Source: the human T2T-CHM13v2.0 reference genome, Homo sapiens
Reading direction: 5' to 3' (one strand)
Assembly: GCF_009914755.1 (NCBI RefSeq)
Contig: NC_060930.1
Length of the DNA stretch: 64,000 nucleotides
The position numbers and the translations under genes were made by a program. The notes below the pieces were generated by a model. It searched no databases, had not been told where the DNA came from, and saw only the letters and a list, made by a program, of their open reading frames with translations. Below, in pieces: positions 57,595-64,000 of this stretch. The first letter of the stretch is position 1, and every line of letters begins with the position of its first letter.

Positions 57595-59720
57595 TCTTCT
57601 AATCCCTGTTGTTAAGACTAGATAATTTCCACTGTTCTATTTCCCCATTCTCTGATCATTTTCCTCTGTTCCCTCAATTCCACTGCTTAGCCCAACCATT
57701 GACCCTGTTCATCCATTCCATTGTTTAGCCCCTCCACTGAGTGTTATACTTGTTATTGCATTTTTCAATTCTAAAACTTTCTATTTGGCTCCTATTTATG
57801 TGTGTCATCTATTTCTTTATTGAGAATTTCTTTTATTTGTTCACTTATTTTAAACATTTTCATAATTTTTCACTGAAGCATTTTCATGATGGCTATTTTT
57901 ACATCCTTGTCATATAATTCCAACATATCCATATCAGTGTTGATATCTGTTTGATATCATTTCTTGCTCAGTTTGAGATTGGTTCTTTGTATGATGAGTG
58001 GTTTTCTACTAAAATGTGACATTATGAGTATTATAAGAGCCTGAATTTTATTTAAACCTTCATTTGAGTTGGCTTCCCATGATACCATTCAGGCTGAAAT
58101 TGAGATTCGCCACCTCATTAATGCTAGGTAGGGATAAAAGTCCAGTTTTCCCACTTGACATCTCTTGACACTGAAACCACCTTTGAAAAATTACAACCAT
58201 GAGAGAAATCTAACACAGCTGACTCCATCTTGCTTCTAACCTCACCAGCCAAATGCCCTTGCTCATTCTTGGGCATAGGCCAAGCTAACCAGAGGAGGAA
58301 TTTAGTTTATAATTAAACCTTAAAGCAAAGATGATAATAGCCCCCTCCTTGTTCAGGGACTAAAACTGCCTTTGTAAAACTATGAAAGCCCACAAGGTTA
58401 GAATTACAGAGAAGGGACTGAATTATACTAAGACGTATGCATACGCAACAATCAGCCATTGTTCCCTAGCTTGCTTACTGCTCAGGAGTCATATAGCCGG
58501 AGGTTCCAAGATTTGTAACTTCCCCAATTTCTCCTATAGATAACATCACTATTGTAAACCTAAGACTGGTCCTTGAATATTTTTAAACTTTTGCACTCTG
58601 GCAAACTGACTTATGCCACTTGGACCCATGACTTATAATAAGGAACTGACTAAACTGGTCCTGTGACCTCCACCCAGAATGTGACTCAGTACATGAGGAC
58701 AATTCCAACACTCCTACGATTTCATCCCCAACCAATCAGCAGCACTAATTCCCTAGCACCCGGCCTGCCAAATTATCCTTAAAAACCCTAGCCTCTGAGC
58801 TCTTGGGGAGGCAGATTTGAGAAATATCTCCTGTCCTCTCACTCAGCCGCTTTGAGATAAACTCTTTCTCTGATGCAACACCACTGTCACAGTGTATTGG
58901 CTTTTCTGTGTGGCAGGCAAGAAGTCCCATTGGGCTATAACAACACCCATGAAACTCCTCATTATTGCTGAGCAGGAATGAGATTACTGGCCCCCGACAT
59001 GGCCTCCACTGACAACAAAGAGGGGTGGCCTCATTAATGTTGGGAGGTGGTGAAAGTCTTTACCTGCCAGTATGTTTCCTCTGACAATCCTCCAGCAATG
59101 AAGAGAAGGGGGTACCTCATTACTACTGGGTGGAGCTCCTCAAATGGTCTCCACTGACACAGCAAGAGAAGGTGGGGTGGGGTTCAGCTTCTTTCCACCA
59201 TATGGGGAAAAACTTCTAACTCTTTACAGGCAATTTACTGACAGTGACAGGGTGGCAAATGGGTTAGAATGTACCACTGCACCCTTTGATTAAGATGAAA
59301 GTTGATTCTCCCTACTAGGCTTTTGTTCAAGTGGATGGGGTGGGGACCATAGATTTTTCTGTGGTGTTTTGCTGGCATAAAGCTCATTTATTGTTTAAAA
59401 GTTTTGTCTTCAAAAGCCACCATTTTCCTGGTCTTTTGGCTGGAGAATAAGTTTCCTTTGAGTCTCTTTTTGTCTGCGTCCATAGGCGTTTCTGGGTCTC
59501 TGGCTTCTTTAACTCCAAGTGTTGGATAGATAGGCAAACATAAACCCCCAGAAATCATCACAACACTGCTCCTTGAGTTTGAGATCCCTAGCCGGTTTGT
59601 CTCTTTCCTGTCTTCAGGGTCTCTTTGTATTTGTTTTTAATATAATATCCAGGCTTTTTAGTTGAACCTAGTGGAAAGATTAGAAAATACTACATCTACT
59701 TCATATTTCCAGAAATGGAT
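57595..59720 (-). mobile_element. Old L1M 5'/ORF1-region fragment, split by LTR8A
   Basis: T-rich antisense L1-like tract followed by repeated CCTCATT...GCT.GG...TCCACTGACA units typical of old L1M 5' ends. Confidence 0.5.
58172..58942 (+). mobile_element. LTR8A-like ERV1 solo LTR, complete
   Basis: TGAAACCACCTTTG...GCTGACTCCATCTTGCTTCTAACCTC ... GGGCTATAACA; 4-bp TSD ACAC (58168-58171 and 58943-58946). Confidence 0.88.
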
Positions 59721-60554
59721 TTCTCTAAAAACAATCTTTTAAAATAAAAGCAAGATTAGATGACATACTACCTGATATCAGGACTTAAAGCTATCGTAGT
59801 CAAGATAGTGCAATAGTGTCACAAAGATAGATGATGTATCAATGAAATAAGAGAGTTCAGAAATAAACCCATACATACACCATATATTGACTTTGGACAA
59901 AGACATCATGGGAATTCAATGAAGAAAGGAAAGGTTTTTAACAAATAGTGATGGACCACCTGGATAAACAAAGGAAAAATAATGAAATGATTTCTGCCTC
60001 ATGCCTTGCACAAAATTAATTTGAGATGGATCATGGACTTACATGTTAAAGCTAAAATTAAAAAGCACGTGGAATAAAATATAACAGAAAATCTTAACTA
60101 GCTTGTGGAAGACAAGGATCTCCTAAAGATATAGATAGTTCTGTTCTCAGTCCTTTGAGATATCTGCAAACTACTTTCCACGGTGGCTGAACTAATTTAC
60201 ATTCCCAACAGTGTATAAGTGTTCCCTTTCCCCACAGACTCACCAGCATCTGTTGCTTTTTGACATTTTAATAATAGCCATTCTGACTGGTGTGAAATGG
60301 CATCTCATCATGGTTTTGATTTGTGTTTCTCTGATGATTAGCAGTGTAGAGCATTTTTAATATGTTTGTTGGCTGTTTGTATTACATTGGTGCAAACAGA
60401 ACTGCAGTTTTTGCGTGGTTGGAATTTGTGGTTTGATATTGGAATACATTCTTAAATAAATGTGATTATGTTATACATCATTTTAATGGGCATTTCTCAC
60501 TTTTTTTGGCTAATGACTTATTACTTGCTTTTTATTTTATGTTTAGTTTAGACT

Positions 60555-61917
<1,363 letters not shown>

Positions 61918-63584
61918 TCATGGTCCAAAACAGCAATTACGTTTGCACCAACCTAATATGTCTTCTTTTGCAAAGTGTCCATTCATGTTCTTTGCCCATT
62001 TTTTAAAAGCATTATTTGGTTTTTGCTTGATGAATTGTTTAAATTCCTTATAAACTGTGGCCATAAAAAATAAATAAAATTATGTCCTTTGCAGCAACAT
62101 GGATGCAGCTGGAAGCCATCACCCCAAGTGAATTAATGCAAAAACAGAAAACTGAGTGATCCATGTTCTCACTTATAAGTGGGAGCTAAACATGGGGCAC
62201 ATATGGACATAAAGATAAGAATAATAGACACTGGGGACTACTAGAAGGAGGAGAGGGGTAAAGAGTAAGGGCTGAAAATCTACCTTTTGGGTACTATGCT
62301 TGCTAACTGGGTAACAGGATCACTTGTACCCCAAACCTCAGTGTCACACAATATACCAGTGTAACAAATCTGTACATGTACCCCCGAATCTAAAATTAAA
62401 GTTGAAATTATAAACGATACAAAAAAAGCATTAAATCTTAAAGGAAAATAAAACGTTAAACTTCATAAAAATTAAGAATTTCTCTCTTCAAAAGACACAA
62501 TTAATAAAATGAAAAGGCAAGCCAGAAACTAAGAGATAGTAGTGACACAAAAAAAACCTGAAAAATGACTTAAGTACAGAATATTTTAAGAACTCCCGTA
62601 AATTGGTAATAAAAATAAACAACGTAATTTAAAAAGTGCAAAAGATTTAAACAGACTCTTGGCAAAACAAGATAAATGACAAATAACATATGAAAAGGTG
62701 TTTAATGCCATTATGCATCAGGGAAATGCAAATTGATACCACCACAAGATCTCATTTGTCATGCACTAGAATTATTAAAATGAGAAAGAAAAAAATGACA
62801 ACACCAGATGCATGTGAGGGTAAAGAACAACTGGAATTCTTATATATTGTTGAAGAGAGTATAAAATGGTTCAACCACATTGGAAAATGATTGATTTGGC
62901 AGTTTCATGCAACATTAAATATACATTTACACTGTGACCCACCAATTTCACTCTCAGTTATTTCAAAAAGAAGTAAAAACATATATCCACTCAAAAAAAA
63001 AGATTTCTACAAGATTTTTTATAGCCACATTACTCATAATAGTAGAAAACTGGAAGAAACCCAAATGTTTCTCAGTAGAAGGTTACACAAAAAAGTGTGG
63101 CTTATTCTTATAGTGGAAGTTGATTTGTTAATAAAAAATAATTAACCCCTAATACATATGAGAATATTAAAAAATGCACAAACATTATGATAACCAAAAG
63201 AAACCAGGAACAAAACTTTGTCGTTTCACTGTATGCAAATTTTACAATTAAATCATGTGATGCAGTTTTTTAAAATGTCTATGATTAAAACAATGGAAAA
63301 AAAGTTACCAAAGAAATTGATAAAATATGTAAACATATAGTTTGTGATTCTTTAAAAAATATTACATAAATATAATTGAAGGAAGAATTAGAAAAATATG
63401 TAGACCAAAAAATGATAAATGGTTAATATAATTACTATTTATAGACCTAATACAAAAATTTGAAAATCACTGAAACTGAAATAAATGGATAAAAGTCTTA
63501 AACAATTTGCAAAGAGAATATGCAATTAAGCAAAGATGCCTAACTTTATATTCTTGTTAAACGATTCTCTTCTTAGTTCTTTGA

Positions 63585-63940
63585 AACATACAACAGTGGT
63601 CCTAGCCTCCCTTGCAGCTACTGGTGGCCATAGGACACAAGAAAAAATATATTTTTTTCCCTTTTCTTCTTCTTGCTTTTCCTTCTTTTTTCTCCCAGAA
63701 CAAAAAAAAAAAAAAAAAAGCAGATCGGTACTATAGCTGCTGTATTGTGACCACAAGGCAGCAAGAATGACGGCAAAAGTCAGGATATTCAGGATGGCGA
63801 AGTGAAGATATAAAAAGAACTTGTGTTTCTAATGTTGCTTTTGAGCAGTTGAATCAATTTCACTCTTGTTATGTGAGGAAATGCCATGTGAGAAAAATAA
63901 TGCTCACACTTCCTTAAACCACAACTACGTTTTCTGTTAT
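63585..63940 (+). mobile_element. Old MLT1 (K/L-like) LTR fragment
   Basis: CCTAGCCTCCCTTGCAGCTA..GGTGGCCAT; GCTGTATTGTGACCACAAGG; CTTGTTATGTGAG. Confidence 0.5.
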
Positions 63941-64000
63941 TTTTGGCCAAAGACATTTCTTACCAATACACCAATAAACATTTGAAAAGCATTCAGTATC

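Overview
AT-rich human genomic DNA. The species call rests on a perfect-consensus AluYa5 and an AluYb8, both essentially human-specific subfamilies. I cannot support any protein-coding exon, RNA gene, CpG-island promoter or CRISPR array, so the window looks intergenic or deep-intronic. The supplied ORFs are Alu/L1/LTR-derived or chance ORFs, except 61103..61486, which is a fragment of a dead Hsmar1 transposase. The window is dominated by transposon fossils: 12 Alus, several L1s, L2/MIR/L3, solo LTRs and a varied set of DNA transposons (full-length Hsmar1, an ancient MARNA-type mariner, Tigger3b, Tigger4b, MER2, piggyBac MER85, MER20 x2, MER58A, MER94). Most notable are: a four-layer nested insertion (old L1M < 5'-inverted L1PA16/PB-like < Hsmar1 < AluS); an ancient mariner fossil with an anomalous CpG/STAT/E2F-like core; candidate docking sites for both domesticated transposases SETMAR and CSB-PGBD3; two young, possibly polymorphic Alus; a ~100-bp twin-primed L1; several local tandem duplications; and a strong minus-strand splice acceptor in unique sequence. 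I found no convincing novel biological system. Subfamily names come from recalled consensus sequences and need RepeatMasker/Dfam confirmation.
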